Notes: generated from the sequence alone by a model not told the origin. A DNA stretch of 64,000 bases from Gammaproteobacteria bacterium Ga0077536 (GCA_001464935.1 LNEL01000054.1:21407-85406); one strand, 5' to 3'. Shown: positions 1 to 10,429, counted from the stretch's first letter. Numbers and translations: made by a program.

Positions 1-1328
1 GGCAGGGCAATGCGGCGGCCGCCCTCGAACATCTCAAGTACGTGCTGAACCAGGACAACAGCAGCGACGGCAGCCGTTTCCGGGTCATCGCGAACCTCCT
101 CGGCCGCGAGGACGATCGGCGCACGGCGCTGAACGTGATGGAGCAACTGGTGCGCGAGCGGCCGGCGGACACCGATGCGCTGGTCGCCTATGCGTTGCTG
201 GCGATGCGCGCCGAGGATCTGGGCAAGGCCCGCAGCGCGATGGACACCCTGGTCGCACGCACCGACATCAATCCGAATCTCGCCCTGGCCTATATGGCCG
301 TGCTGCAGAAGGAAGGCGCCGGCGCTGACGGCATCGCCTTTCTCGAGAAGGCGCTGAAACGTACGCCCGAAGACTTCGGCCTGCGTCTGCTGTATGCCCG
401 CATGCTGGCCGACGCCCAGCGCTACGAGCAGGCGCGGCTGCAGTTCAGCATGTTGCTCGAGCAGGCCCCGGACAACACGGACGTCATCTATGCACTGGGC
501 CTGCTGAATCTGCAGGCCGGCAAGGTCGACGAGGCCGAGCAGAACTTCCGCGCGCTGAACAGGTTCAACGATCGCGCCGACGAGGCTGCGTTCTATCTCG
601 GCCAGATCGAGGACTCCCGGCAGCGGCCGGCGGCGGCGCTGGCGCACTATCGGGCGGTCAAGGACGGTGCGAACCTGTTCCCGGCCCAGTTGCGCGTGAT
701 TTCCATCCTCGCCACGCAGGGCAAGCTCGATGAAGCGCTGCAGGCAATTGCCCAGACACCGACGGCGGGCGAGGAGCAGAAGGTCCAGCTGACGCTGATC
801 CACGCCGAAGTGCTGGCCGAGCACAAGCGCTACGACGAAGCGATGGGCCTGTTCGACCGCGCACTGAACGGCCGCTACGACATGACGCTGCTGTACAACC
901 GCGCGATGCTCGCCGAGCAGATGGGCCGGCTCGACATCCTGGAGGCCGATCTGCGCACGATCATCGAGCGCGAACCCGGCAACTCCCAGGCCTTGAACGC
1001 GCTGGGCTATACGCTGGCCGACCGCACCGACCGTCACGCCGAAGCCTACGAGTTGATCCAGCGCGCGCTGGCCGCCTCGCCGAACGATTTCTTCATCCTC
1101 GACAGCATGGGCTGGGTGCTCTATCGACTCGGCCGGCTCGAGGAAGCCGTGCCCTATCTCGAAAAGGCCCGCCAGCTGCGCAACGACCCCGAAGTCGCCG
1201 CCCACCTCGGCGAGGTGCTGTGGATGCTCGGGCGCAAGGCAGATGCCCGGCAAATCTGGAACACCGCGCTCGAACAGCACCCGAAGGACACCAAAATCCT
1301 GGATGCGATCAAGCGCCTGGCGCCGTGA
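1..1328 (+). CDS. TPR-repeat protein, 5' partial (frame open to window start; codon phase from nt 3)
   Basis: ORF 42..1328 has no upstream stop in frame back to nt 3. Repeated TPR-like AxxxA/LG motifs. Sits upstream of lolB as in many Betaproteobacteria; could be PrsT-like, but this is not verifiable here. Confidence 0.65.
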   Translation, partial: QGNAAAALEHLKYVLNQDNSSDGSRFRVIANLLGREDDRRTALNVMEQLVRERPADTDALVAYALLAMRAEDLGKARSAMDTLVARTDINPNLALAYMAVLQKEGAGADGIAFLEKALKRTPEDFGLRLLYARMLADAQRYEQARLQFSMLLEQAPDNTDVIYALGLLNLQAGKVDEAEQNFRALNRFNDRADEAAFYLGQIEDSRQRPAAALAHYRAVKDGANLFPAQLRVISILATQGKLDEALQAIAQTPTAGEEQKVQLTLIHAEVLAEHKRYDEAMGLFDRALNGRYDMTLLYNRAMLAEQMGRLDILEADLRTIIEREPGNSQALNALGYTLADRTDRHAEAYELIQRALAASPNDFFILDSMGWVLYRLGRLEEAVPYLEKARQLRNDPEVAAHLGEVLWMLGRKADARQIWNTALEQHPKDTKILDAIKRLAP

Positions 1329-1948
1329 CGCGCCGACGCTTCGCGCGTGCCTGCGTGGCCCTCGGCGCGCTGCTGCTGACCGGCTGCGCCGCGCTCCGGC
1401 CGTCACCGGCGCCCGCGCCGGGCGCTGACGATCCCCGCTGGCTGGCGCAGCAGCAGGCGATGGCCGCGCTCGATGCGTTCACGCTCACCGGACGGGTGGC
1501 GATTCAGCGCGGCAGCGAAGGGGGCGGCGCGAAACTGCGCTGGTACCAGACCGGGGACAGTACCGATTTGCGCATCATGGCGCCGATGGCCCAGGGGACG
1601 TTCCGCCTCGAAGGCGACGCGACGGGCGTCGCCCTGACCGCGCCGGACGGCCAGCAATATGCCGCCGAGAACTTCGAAGACCTGATGGCGACCCATCTCG
1701 ACTGGTCGTTTCCGGTCGAGGGCGCCCGTTACTGGGTGCGCGGCATCCCCGATCCGGCGCGGCCGGTCGAACACATCGGCTTCGACGCCGAGGGGCGTCT
1801 GAGCGACCTCGCGCAGGCGGGCTGGCGCATCAGCGTGCTCGAGTACCGCGACGTCGACGGCAACGCCCTGCCGGCCAGGCTTTTCCTGAACGCCGATGAC
1901 CTCAAGATAAGGCTGGTCATCGACACCTGGACGTTTGCGCCGCGTTGA
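1325..1948 (+). CDS. lolB: Outer-membrane lipoprotein LolB
   Basis: GTG start overlaps the TPR stop (GTGA). N-terminus VTRRRFARACVALGALLLTGC is a lipoprotein signal with an LTGC lipobox. Located upstream of ispE, the conserved lolB-ispE-prs context. Confidence 0.8.
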   Translation: MTRRRFARACVALGALLLTGCAALRPSPAPAPGADDPRWLAQQQAMAALDAFTLTGRVAIQRGSEGGGAKLRWYQTGDSTDLRIMAPMAQGTFRLEGDATGVALTAPDGQQYAAENFEDLMATHLDWSFPVEGARYWVRGIPDPARPVEHIGFDAEGRLSDLAQAGWRISVLEYRDVDGNALPARLFLNADDLKIRLVIDTWTFAPR

Positions 1949-2023
1949 GCGGCCCCTATGCTAGCGCCCCGCGCCCTGTCCTTCGTGGCCGGGCTCATTC
2001 AGAGCTGAATTCAACGCTGAACC

Positions 2024-2905
2024 ATGGCAACGACTCCTCTCCCGACCACGGCGCCCTGGCCGGCACCGGCCAAGATCAACCTGTTCCTGCACATCGTCGG
2101 GCGCCGCCCCGACGGCTATCACCTGCTGCAGACCCACTTCCAGTTCCTCGATCACGGTGACGAACTGCGCTTCGCGGTGCGCGCGGACGGTGCAATCAGG
2201 CGCGTGACGGATCTCCCCGGGGTGCCGGCCGAGGCCGATCTCGTCGTGCGCGCGGCGCAGGCCCTGCAGGCCGCGAGCGGCTGCCGGCTCGGCGCCGACA
2301 TCGCGGTCGAGAAGCGCCTGCCGATGGGCGGCGGGCTCGGCGGCGGCAGTTCGAACGCGGCGACGGTGCTGGTGGCCCTCGATCGGCTGTGGGGCACCGG
2401 GCTCGGCGTCGAGGCGCTGGCGAGTCTCGGCCTCACGCTCGGTGCGGACGTGCCCGTGTTCGTGCGCGGCGAGGCGGCGTGGGCCGAAGGGGTCGGTGAG
2501 CGGCTGATCCCGCTCGCGGCCGACGAGCCCTGGTGCGTCGTGATCCACCCCGCCTGCGAGGTCCCGACGGCCGCCGTGTTCAAACACCCGGAATTGACAC
2601 GGGATACGCCGGCGATGACAATCCCCGGCCTTCCGCCGGACCTCATGCACAACGACTGCGAGCCCGTCACGCGACGCCTCTATCCGGCGGTCGGCGCGGC
2701 GCTGGACTGGCTGAGCGGGCATGCGCCGGCGCGCATGAGCGGCACGGGTGCGTGCATCTTCGCGTCTTTCGACACGCGGGAGGCGGCACTGACGGTCGGC
2801 CGGCTCGTGCCGGCGCCCTGGTCCTGGTTCGTGGCCCGGCGCTGCAATCGCTCTCCACTGCTCGCCCGCCTGGATGCGGAGCCGGTGCGGCACCCGGCGC
2901 GGTGA
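2024..2905 (+). CDS. ispE: 4-diphosphocytidyl-2-C-methyl-D-erythritol kinase IspE
   Basis: N-terminus PAKINLFLHIVGRRPDGYH and GHMP-kinase glycine-rich loop PMGGGLGGGSSNAA. Flanked by lolB and the tRNA-Gln/prs context. Confidence 0.9.
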   Translation: MATTPLPTTAPWPAPAKINLFLHIVGRRPDGYHLLQTHFQFLDHGDELRFAVRADGAIRRVTDLPGVPAEADLVVRAAQALQAASGCRLGADIAVEKRLPMGGGLGGGSSNAATVLVALDRLWGTGLGVEALASLGLTLGADVPVFVRGEAAWAEGVGERLIPLAADEPWCVVIHPACEVPTAAVFKHPELTRDTPAMTIPGLPPDLMHNDCEPVTRRLYPAVGAALDWLSGHAPARMSGTGACIFASFDTREAALTVGRLVPAPWSWFVARRCNRSPLLARLDAEPVRHPAR

Positions 2906-2925
2906 CAGACACGGTTTGAGGCTGC

Positions 2926-3000
2926 TGGGGAGTCGCCAAGTGGTAAGGCACCGGGTTTTGATCCCGGCATTCCCAGGTTCGAATCCTGGCTCCCCAGCCA
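2926..3000 (+). tRNA. tRNA-Gln (anticodon TTG)
   Basis: Hand-folded cloverleaf: acceptor TGGGGAG/CTCCCCA, anticodon stem CCGGG/CCCGG with loop TTTTGAT (anticodon TTG), T-arm CCAGG-TTCGAAT-CCTGG, discriminator G plus encoded CCA. Confidence 0.85.
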
Positions 3001-3045
3001 ATTTGATTGAAGGCGCTTGTGGACATGATCTTCAACCGTTCCGGC

Positions 3046-3984
3046 ATGATGCTCTTCGCGGGCAATTCGAATCCCGCGTTGTCGCGCGCCATTGCCGCGC
3101 ATCTGCAGGTACCGCTCGGCAAGGCGAACGTCAGCCGTTTCAGTGACGGCGAAATCATGGTGGAAATCGCGGAGAACGTCCGCGCCCGCGATGTGTTCGT
3201 GTTCCAGTCGATCTGCCGGCCGACGAATGACAACCTGATGGAACTGATGGTGCTGATCGACGCCCTGCGTCGCGCCTCCGTGGCCAGCATCACCGCCGTC
3301 ATTCCCTACCTCGGCTATGCCCGCCAGGATCGCCGCCCGCGCTCGGCGCGCGTGCCGATCACGGCGAAGGTCGTCGCCAACATGATCGCCGGCGTCGGTA
3401 CCGACCGCGTGCTGACGGTCGACCTCCATGCCGATCAGATCCAGGGTTTCTACGACATCCCGATGGACAACGTGTATGCCTCACCGGTGCTGCTCGGCGA
3501 CATCTGGAAGAACGAATACGAGAACCTGATGGTCGTCTCGCCCGACGTCGGCGGCGTGGTGCGCGCGCGCGCCGTCGCGCGCCGCCTCGACAACGCGGAT
3601 CTCGCGATCATCGACAAGCGCCGTCCGCGGGCGAACGAAGCCGAAATCATGAACATCATCGGCGACGTCAAGGACCGCAGCTGCGTGCTGGTCGACGACA
3701 TGGTCGATACCGCCGGCACGCTGTGCCAGGCGGCGAAGGCGCTGAAGGAGCGCGGCGCGCGCTCGGTGTCCGCGTACTGCACGCACGCCGTGCTGTCCGG
3801 CAAGGCGCTACAGAACATAGAGGCCTCGACGCTCGACGAGCTCGTGGTCACCGACACCATCCCGCTGACCGAAGAGGCGGCCGCGTGTACGCGGATCCGC
3901 CAGCTCTCCGTCGCGGCGCTGTTGGGCGAAAGTATCAACCGCATGAGCTCGGGCCAGTCACTGAGTTCGATGTTCATCGATTGA
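3046..3984 (+). CDS. prs: Ribose-phosphate pyrophosphokinase (PRPP synthetase)
   Basis: [21 protein letters not shown]...[13 protein letters not shown] matches the Prs N-terminus; PRPP-binding motif [12 protein letters not shown]. Alternative upstream starts at 3007/3025 are possible. Confidence 0.85.
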   Translation: MMLFAGNSNPALSRAIAAHLQVPLGKANVSRFSDGEIMVEIAENVRARDVFVFQSICRPTNDNLMELMVLIDALRRASVASITAVIPYLGYARQDRRPRSARVPITAKVVANMIAGVGTDRVLTVDLHADQIQGFYDIPMDNVYASPVLLGDIWKNEYENLMVVSPDVGGVVRARAVARRLDNADLAIIDKRRPRANEAEIMNIIGDVKDRSCVLVDDMVDTAGTLCQAAKALKERGARSVSAYCTHAVLSGKALQNIEASTLDELVVTDTIPLTEEAAACTRIRQLSVAALLGESINRMSSGQSLSSMFID

Positions 3985-4053
3985 GCGAGGCACGCGCGTT
4001 TCTGGTCGCGGAGCGCGCACTGCCTGTCATCAAGCAACGTTAGGAGATTCATC

Positions 4054-4674
4054 ATGCAAGACAGATTCCAGGTCACCGCCGAGCCGCGGACCGAGCAGGG
4101 CAAGAGTGCGAGCCGCCGCCTGCGTCGTTCCGGCAAGGTGCCGGCCATTCTTTACGGCGCGGGCAAAGACCCGGCCAGCATCCAGCTCGAACACAACGAG
4201 ATGCTGCTGCACACCGAACACGAAGCCTTCTACTCGCACATCCTGACGCTGAAGATGTCGAGCGGCGCGGACGAGAAGGTCGTGCTGAAGGCGATGCAGC
4301 GTCACCCGGTGCGGCCGCTGATTCTGCACGTCGACTTCCTGCGCATCAACGAAGCGGAAGAACTGACGCTCCGCGTGCCGCTGCACTTCCTCAACGAGGA
4401 AACCTGCCCGGCGGTGAAGACCAACGGCGGCGTGATCAGCCATCACATGAACGACCTCGAAGTGCTGTGCCTGCCGAAGGATCTGCCGGAGTACATCGAG
4501 ATCGATTTGATGGACGTCGCGATCGGCGACACCATCCATCTGGCCGATCTGAAGATGCCGGCTGGCGTGCGCATTGCCTCGGTCGCCCATGGCGGCGATC
4601 CGATGCTGCCGGTCGTGTCGATCAACGCCCCGCGTGGCGCGGACGACGCGGCGGGCGCCGCGCCTGCCAAGTAG
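4054..4674 (+). CDS. rplY: 50S ribosomal protein L25 / general stress protein Ctc
   Basis: Long-form L25/Ctc N-terminus (RTEQGKSASRRLRRSGKVPAILYG). Conserved position between prs and pth. AGGAGA RBS upstream. Confidence 0.85.
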   Translation: MQDRFQVTAEPRTEQGKSASRRLRRSGKVPAILYGAGKDPASIQLEHNEMLLHTEHEAFYSHILTLKMSSGADEKVVLKAMQRHPVRPLILHVDFLRINEAEELTLRVPLHFLNEETCPAVKTNGGVISHHMNDLEVLCLPKDLPEYIEIDLMDVAIGDTIHLADLKMPAGVRIASVAHGGDPMLPVVSINAPRGADDAAGAAPAK

Positions 4675-4727
4675 TCTTCCAGTTCTGACGGGCCTGGCGG
4701 CCGACACGCTGCGGCGGAACGGTCGTC

Positions 4728-5339
4728 ATGGCCACTGACTCCTCACAGGGCATCGCCCTCATCGTCGGCCTCGGCAATCCGGGTGCGCAATATGCGCGCA
4801 CCCGGCACAACGTCGGCTTCTGGCTCGTCGACCGAATCAGCAGCGCTCTCAAGCACGAAGCGCGTTTCCAGGCCGAGATCGGCAGCACGACCATCGGCGG
4901 CGAGCGGATCGTGCTGATGAAACCGCAGACGTTCATGAACCGCAGTGGCGCGGCGGTCGGCGGATACACGCATTACTACAAGATCAGGCCCGAGCAGGTG
5001 CTCGTGGTGCATGATGAACTCGATCTCGCGCCCGGTATCGTTCGCCTCAAGCACGGCGGTGGGCACGGCGGCCACAACGGGCTGCGCGACATCTCGGCGC
5101 AGATCGGTGCCGACTATCGGCGGCTGCGCATCGGCATCGGCCATCCGGGCAGCGCCGAACAGGTCACGAACCACGTGCTCAGCAATCCGTCGCCCGACGA
5201 TCGCATCAGCATCGAGCAGGCGATCGATCGCGCGCTCGAACGCCTCACCGACATCGTCGGCGGGCGCTTCGACCAGGCGATGAACGAACTCAACCGACGC
5301 GACGGCGAGACCGGCCGCGGCAAGACGCAGAAAGAGTAA
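4728..5339 (+). CDS. pth: Peptidyl-tRNA hydrolase
   Basis: [21 protein letters not shown] and HGGHNGLRD motifs of Pth. Conserved rplY-pth-ychF order. Confidence 0.9.
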   Translation: MATDSSQGIALIVGLGNPGAQYARTRHNVGFWLVDRISSALKHEARFQAEIGSTTIGGERIVLMKPQTFMNRSGAAVGGYTHYYKIRPEQVLVVHDELDLAPGIVRLKHGGGHGGHNGLRDISAQIGADYRRLRIGIGHPGSAEQVTNHVLSNPSPDDRISIEQAIDRALERLTDIVGGRFDQAMNELNRRDGETGRGKTQKE

Positions 5340-5341
5340 AC

Positions 5342-6433
5342 ATGGGCTTCAAGTGTGGCATCGTCGGCCTGCCGAACGTCGGCAAGTCGTCTCTCTTCAA
5401 TGCGCTGACGCAGGCGGCGATCGCAGCGGAGAACTATCCGTTCTGCACCATCGACCCGAACGTCGGCATCGTGCCGCTGCCGGATCCGCGGCTCGACGCG
5501 ATCGCGAACCTCGCGAAGCCGAAGGTCATCGTGCCGACTTCGATGGAGTTCGTCGACATCGCGGGCCTGGTGGCCGGCGCATCGAAAGGCGAGGGCCTCG
5601 GCAACCAGTTCCTCGCGCACATTCGCGAAACGCACGCGATTGCGCACGTCGTGCGCTGCTTCGAGAACGAGAACATCGTGCACGTCGCCGGCAAGATCGA
5701 TCCGCTGGCGGACATCGAAGTGATCGAAACCGAACTCGCGCTCGCTGACCTCGACAGCGCGACGCGGGCACTCGACCGCGCCGCGAAGCAGGCGAAGTCC
5801 GGCGACAAGGAACTGAAGGCGCGCGTGGCCGCGCTCGAAGAGATCAAGGTCGGCCTCGACCAGGTGATCCCGATTCGCGCGCAGGGCCTGTCCGAGTCCG
5901 CGCTGGCCGCGGTCAAGGGGCTGTCGCTGCTGACGGCGAAGCCCGTGCTGTTCGTCGCCAACGTCGACGAGGACAATCTCAACGGCAACGAGTACGCCGC
6001 GCGCGTCGCCGCGTTCGCCGCGAAGCAGGGCGCCGAATGCGTGGTGATCTGCGCCGCGCTCGAAGCGGAGCTCGCCGTGCTCGGCGCGGAAGACCGCGCA
6101 CAGTTCCTCGCCGAGATGGGGCTGGCCGAACCGGGCCTCAATCGCTTCATCCGCGCCGGCTACAAGCTGCTGGGCCTGCAGACCTACTTCACCGCCGGCC
6201 CGAAGGAAGCGCGCGCGTGGACGATACCCGTCGGCGCGACCGCGCCACAGGCCGCCGCCGTCATCCACACCGACTTCGAGCGCGGCTTCATCCGCGCCGA
6301 AGTCATCGCCTACGACGACTACATCGCGTGCAAGGGCGAATCCGGCGCACAGGCGGCCGGCAAGCTGCGCCTCGAAGGCAAGGAGTACGTCGTGCAGGAC
6401 GGCGACGTGATGCACTTCAGATTCAACGTGTGA
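5342..6433 (+). CDS. ychF: Ribosome-binding ATPase YchF (Obg-like)
   Basis: [24 protein letters not shown]-loop. C-terminal TGS domain ([28 protein letters not shown]). Confidence 0.9.
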   Translation: MGFKCGIVGLPNVGKSSLFNALTQAAIAAENYPFCTIDPNVGIVPLPDPRLDAIANLAKPKVIVPTSMEFVDIAGLVAGASKGEGLGNQFLAHIRETHAIAHVVRCFENENIVHVAGKIDPLADIEVIETELALADLDSATRALDRAAKQAKSGDKELKARVAALEEIKVGLDQVIPIRAQGLSESALAAVKGLSLLTAKPVLFVANVDEDNLNGNEYAARVAAFAAKQGAECVVICAALEAELAVLGAEDRAQFLAEMGLAEPGLNRFIRAGYKLLGLQTYFTAGPKEARAWTIPVGATAPQAAAVIHTDFERGFIRAEVIAYDDYIACKGESGAQAAGKLRLEGKEYVVQDGDVMHFRFNV

Positions 6434-6467
6434 GCGCAGCGCAGCACATGGGTTGCTGTGAAAGCCC

Positions 6468-6496
6468 GTAGGTTGGGCTGACGCAGGAAGCCCAAC
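6468..6496. repeat. REP element (GTAGGTTGGGCTGACGCAGGAAGCCCAAC), forward copy
   Basis: Imperfect palindrome. Same 29-mer recurs at eight or more intergenic sites in this window. Confidence 0.8.
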
Positions 6497-6662
6497 ATCC
6501 TGGGCGTGGCGAAATCGGTGTATCGATGCGTTGCCTCCTTCGCGCCGGACTATCGCCACTGCCCTCCCGGCGGGTGCTGCTCGTGCACTCTCGGCGTCGG
6601 GCGGATGCTGCAGGCGCCCGTGATTCCGAGCGGCGAGCGGTGGGGGTCTGAAATGTTGTCTT

Positions 6663-6691
6663 GTTGGGCTTCCTGCGTCAGCCCAACCTAC
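6663..6691. repeat. REP element, inverted copy; forms a BIME-like pair with 6468..6496
   Basis: GTTGGGCTTCCTGCGTCAGCCCAACCTAC is the reverse complement of the family consensus. It lies ~165 bp from the forward copy, downstream of ychF. Confidence 0.8.
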
Positions 6692-7119
6692 GTCCGGCCA
6701 GGGAAGCCCGAGGTCGACGCCATCAGCGCGTCGCGATTCACCTCGTCAACCTGCTCGTTGAGCGTCCACAAATCATAGAGCCAGCCGAGCAGGAACAGGC
6801 CACCCGTGAACAGCCAGACGAATCCGGTCAGCCATTTTCCGAGATAAAAGCGGTGCGCGCCGAAGACGCCGAGAAACGTCAGCAGCACCCACGCCAGCGT
6901 GTAGTCGATTTTCCCGTCGGTGTAGCGCCGATCGGCTGCCCGATCCATGCCGGGAATCAGCAACAGATCGACGATCCAGCCCACCAGCAGCAGACCAAGT
7001 GTAAAAAAGTAAATCGTTCCGCTGACGGGACGCCCGTAATAGAACCGGTGAGCGCCCATGAATCCGAAGATCCAGAGCAGATAGCCGACGGACTTGCGAT
7101 GCGTATCGGTCAAGGACAT
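6688..7119 (-). CDS. TM2-domain membrane protein
   Basis: Chosen start MSLTD follows AGGAGG at -7. Two repeats of GxHRFYxG with flanking hydrophobic helices (WIFGFMGAHRFYYGR ... LGVFGAHRFYLGKW), typical of the TM2 domain. The upstream 46 aa of ORF 6688..7257 is discarded as unsupported. Confidence 0.6.
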   Translation of the reverse strand: MSLTDTHRKSVGYLLWIFGFMGAHRFYYGRPVSGTIYFFTLGLLLVGWIVDLLLIPGMDRAADRRYTDGKIDYTLAWVLLTFLGVFGAHRFYLGKWLTGFVWLFTGGLFLLGWLYDLWTLNEQVDEVNRDALMASTSGFPGRT

Positions 7120-7698
7120 GGAAGGACCTCCTGGTGTCGTTGCGGCCGTGTGCGGCCATCGGGATGTGAAGAGCCGGTTATCGACGACGTAGCGCCGTAG
7201 ACCCCGCTGCATCGCCGACGTTGCATCGGTGTCAAGGATTGGGCTCGATACCGACACGCCGCTTCTGTTCGCTGGCGCACATCACAGGGCTTTTCGTCCT
7301 GAGCGCGGGGCTTCGACTCGATCTGCGCCGATGCCCGTGTCATTCGTTCCCGATCGCCAGGGACGAACGCCCACGGAAACACACCGCACGTCCATCGCCT
7401 CGGGGACCCGCTGCAGTCTCCACCGAGTGCGCTGCGGACCGACCGTACCCTGAATTCGACGGCGCGTGCAGCGGGCGGTCATCACCGCGCCGCCGAGTCG
7501 ATGGTTCGATCGTCGGGAACAGTGACGTGCGTCAGATCAGAGTCCGAGCACCCACGGCGGCGTTACGTTCACGCGGTTGAACGACAATGAACGCGATCCG
7601 TGATTGGCGGAACTCATGAAAGCACCTCGCTCCGCTGCTCACCACCGCGGCGTGGCGGTGCCATGTCTGAAAAGAACCAATCATCAAGGGGAGTTCCA

Positions 7699-8280
7699 AT
7701 GCAAGCAATCAAGGGAATGAGCATCGCGCTCGCGATCACCAGCGTGTTCGCGGCCGGCGCCAGCACAGCAGACGACGGGCGCAAGCGCCCGGCGCGTGCG
7801 TACGATGTCTGCGTGAACGCGGGCGTCGACGCGCGCTTCAATCTCACCGGTGTCGACTTCGGCGGCAATCCCATCCCGGAACATCCGGGTCCGGGCGATC
7901 GCGTGACCGGTGTCGGCATGCTGCTGCCGGCCGGCACGATTCCGACCGACGGCTCGGGTGATGTCACCTGCAACAGCTACCAGGCGCGGAAAATAGGCAC
8001 CTTCTTCGTCAACGGCACTTTCGTCAGCACCTTCACCGCGCGGCCGCTGCCGCAGGCGGCGGCCAACGATCTGGCCTACGTCGACTGGCATTTCCGTGTT
8101 GACGGCGCAGGCGCCTTCGACACCAGCGGCCCGATCAAGCAGTTCGCGCAGGGCGGCACCTATCCGCACACGATCGTCGGCGGCACGGGCCGCTTCAAGA
8201 GCGTCAAGGGCGAACTGACGACCCTGATGCTCGGCGCCGGCGGCTTCCAGCTGCGGGTGTTCCTGCCGAACGGCGACTGA
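7699..8280 (+). CDS. Secreted hypothetical protein, possibly dirigent/allene-oxide-cyclase-like beta-barrel
   Basis: Start MQAIKGM follows AAGGGGAG RBS. N-terminal signal peptide (SIALAITSVFAAGASTA). The motif IVGGTGRFKSVKGE resembles the GGTGxFxxARG motif of dirigent-like barrels; this is a weak inference. Confidence 0.5.
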   Translation: MQAIKGMSIALAITSVFAAGASTADDGRKRPARAYDVCVNAGVDARFNLTGVDFGGNPIPEHPGPGDRVTGVGMLLPAGTIPTDGSGDVTCNSYQARKIGTFFVNGTFVSTFTARPLPQAAANDLAYVDWHFRVDGAGAFDTSGPIKQFAQGGTYPHTIVGGTGRFKSVKGELTTLMLGAGGFQLRVFLPNGD

Positions 8281-8304
8281 TTCGCTCGCGTCGTCGACAG
8301 TCGA

Positions 8305-8329
8305 TCCGCGCACACTCGCTGTGCGCGGA
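8305..8329 (+). terminator. Perfect hairpin (TCCGCGCACA-ctcgc-TGTGCGCGGA) downstream of the 7699..8280 gene; no U-tract
   Basis: 10-bp inverted repeat with a 5-nt loop, seen directly. Function (terminator or operator) unknown. Confidence 0.3.
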
Positions 8330-8524
8330 GTCCCCAGTTGCGCCTCGAGACGCTAAGAATTCCCCCAAGCGAACTAATGCTGGTTGATTAGATCGCTGGG
8401 CGCGTTGCCGCCAGGGTGCATCAGTGTGCCGATGAGTCCAGCGAACGCGCGCGCGCGGCCCGAAGACTCGTACAATGCCGGCAAGAGCGCCCACGTCGAA
8501 GGGCGCCGATGCCGGGGGTGCCGC

Positions 8525-10369
8525 ATGGATGCTGAATTTCGCAAAGACCTGGTCAAGGTCTGTCTGTTACCGCTGTTGACCCTGTTTCTGATACCGGGGC
8601 TGACGCTGCTGTTCACTCACCATGCGCAGCCTCGCATCGATGCCCGCATCACCGATGCAGTGAACGCATCATTCGTGCAGGAGAAAGTGCCCGAGGCTGA
8701 GCGCGCGCCGGTACTCGAACTGCTGCGCGCTTATCCCCCCTCCAGCACCTGTCGGGACGACAGGGCCGAGCTCGCGTCGTATCGCGCGCAGATGTGCGAG
8801 CGCTATGGCGAACTCTGGCAGTTCGACATGGCGGACCGCATTGCGCGCTGGACCTGTGTCGCCGGCGCTATCGTGCTGGTGATACTGCTGCTGCTCGGCG
8901 GCGTGGCATTCATGAATCGTCGTGCGCAACTGTGGAGTTTCCTGGTGGGCTGGCGGCTGCTGACAGGATTCAGCGCGTTTGAGCTCGTCGTGCAAGGTGC
9001 ACTCGCGATCTGGCTGTCGTTCTGGATCACCGCACATTTCACGCAGCACTATTTCGTGAAGCTGGTCGGGGTCGTTGCTCTGCTGGCCCTGTACGCAATG
9101 TATGTGGCGATCGCCGGCCTGTTCAGACATCCGCCGGCAGCCAGCGAGATCGACGGTGAAATGGTGGACGAAACGGCCGCGCCACGGCTCTGGCAGCGCA
9201 TCCGCGAGCTTGCAGGGCGGCTCGGTACCGCACCGCCCGAGCGTCTCATTGCCGGCATCGACACGAACTTCTTCGTGACCGAAGCGCCACTGGTGGTGAG
9301 CGGGCGACTGCTCACCGGCCGCACACTTTTCGTCAGTCTGCCGCTGCTGCGGGTGCTCGATGAACACGAGTCGGATGCGGTGCTGGCGCACGAACTCGCG
9401 CACTTCCGGGGGGGCGATACGGCGAGCAGCGCGGCGCTCAATCCAGGACTGGTCCGTTTCGAACAATACTGCGAGGGACTGCGTCAGGGCGGCATGGCCG
9501 CGCTGATGTATTTTCTGCTGCGGTTGTATCGCGTGATTTTTGCCATTGCCCTGTCGCGCGACAGTCGTGCGCGCGAGTTCATGGCCGATCGCGCGGCAGC
9601 CGAAGCGGTGTCGCCGGCCGGGATCGCTCGTTCACTCGTCAAGATCGGGGCCTACGCCGCCTATCGCGGCCAGGTCGAACAGGCGCTCTTTGGCCATGAG
9701 CGCACCCACGATTCCAAGCTCGGTATCGCGCAAGCGATCTCGGCGGGGCTTGCGCCGTATGCGCATTCGCCTGCATTCGCCAAGGCCATGCAGTCGGTGA
9801 AAGTCCCGCATCCGTTCGACTCGCACCCGCCGATGCAGGAACGCATGGCACAGGTCGGCGCGCACGCGGCGACCCTCGATTTTCCGCGCATCGTCAGCAC
9901 GCCGCCAGTGGCGACGTGGGCCGAGGACATCCGGACTGCGGCGGACATCGAGGCGCGACTCTGGGCCGCCTATGAGCAGCGGTTTGCGGCAGTTCACGAA
10001 TACAGCCTTGCCTATCGTTACCTGCCGGCGAATCCACAGGAAGCGGCCGTGGTCGCGAAGTACTTTCCGCCCGTCGACTTCTCGCTGAAGCGCGGCGATC
10101 GGCTGCAGATCAACCATTCGGGCATTCTGCCGCCCGCCGGTGGCGCGCTGATTCGTTGGCAGGACATCGGGGACATCAAGTATTCGCAAGGTTCATTCGG
10201 AACCGCCGACACCATGGAACTCCGCGATGCGCAGGGGCCGGCGCGCAAGGCGAAATGGACGAAACTGAAGCTCAAGGGCATCGGCAGCGAGCGGGAGCGG
10301 CTGAAAGCGGTGATGAGCCGCTACATGCAGCGCGACATCATGGCCCGACAGCGGGCGGCGGTGGGCTGA
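8525..10369 (+). CDS. M48-family zinc metalloprotease (HtpX-like core with large extra domains), integral membrane
   Basis: HELAHFRGGD HExxH motif followed by the third-ligand Glu context REFMADRAAAEAV. Several hydrophobic helices before and after the catalytic region. ATG at 8525 chosen; the ORF opens at 8384. Confidence 0.6.
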   Translation: MDAEFRKDLVKVCLLPLLTLFLIPGLTLLFTHHAQPRIDARITDAVNASFVQEKVPEAERAPVLELLRAYPPSSTCRDDRAELASYRAQMCERYGELWQFDMADRIARWTCVAGAIVLVILLLLGGVAFMNRRAQLWSFLVGWRLLTGFSAFELVVQGALAIWLSFWITAHFTQHYFVKLVGVVALLALYAMYVAIAGLFRHPPAASEIDGEMVDETAAPRLWQRIRELAGRLGTAPPERLIAGIDTNFFVTEAPLVVSGRLLTGRTLFVSLPLLRVLDEHESDAVLAHELAHFRGGDTASSAALNPGLVRFEQYCEGLRQGGMAALMYFLLRLYRVIFAIALSRDSRAREFMADRAAAEAVSPAGIARSLVKIGAYAAYRGQVEQALFGHERTHDSKLGIAQAISAGLAPYAHSPAFAKAMQSVKVPHPFDSHPPMQERMAQVGAHAATLDFPRIVSTPPVATWAEDIRTAADIEARLWAAYEQRFAAVHEYSLAYRYLPANPQEAAVVAKYFPPVDFSLKRGDRLQINHSGILPPAGGALIRWQDIGDIKYSQGSFGTADTMELRDAQGPARKAKWTKLKLKGIGSERERLKAVMSRYMQRDIMARQRAAVG

Positions 10370-10429
10370 CAGCGTCGCGGCCGGCGGGCACCCGCACGCG
10401 CCGCCGAGAGGCCGCTCCGGTATCATCGC

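Noticed and set aside
3450-4148. 232-aa minus-strand ORF
   Set aside because: Antisense to prs. Ser-rich artefact.
5114-6559. 481-aa minus-strand ORF
   Set aside because: Antisense to ychF. Arg-rich translation with no motifs. The ychF P-loop and TGS domain on the other strand are decisive.
6506-6778. 90-aa ORF between ychF and the TM2 gene
   Set aside because: Composed largely of REP palindrome sequence (translates ...WASCVSPTY...). The same pseudo-peptide appears wherever a REP occurs.
7221-7580. 119-aa ORF in the 580-bp divergent intergenic region
   Set aside because: Arg/Pro-rich with no RBS. More likely promoter or 5'-UTR space for the flanking divergent genes.
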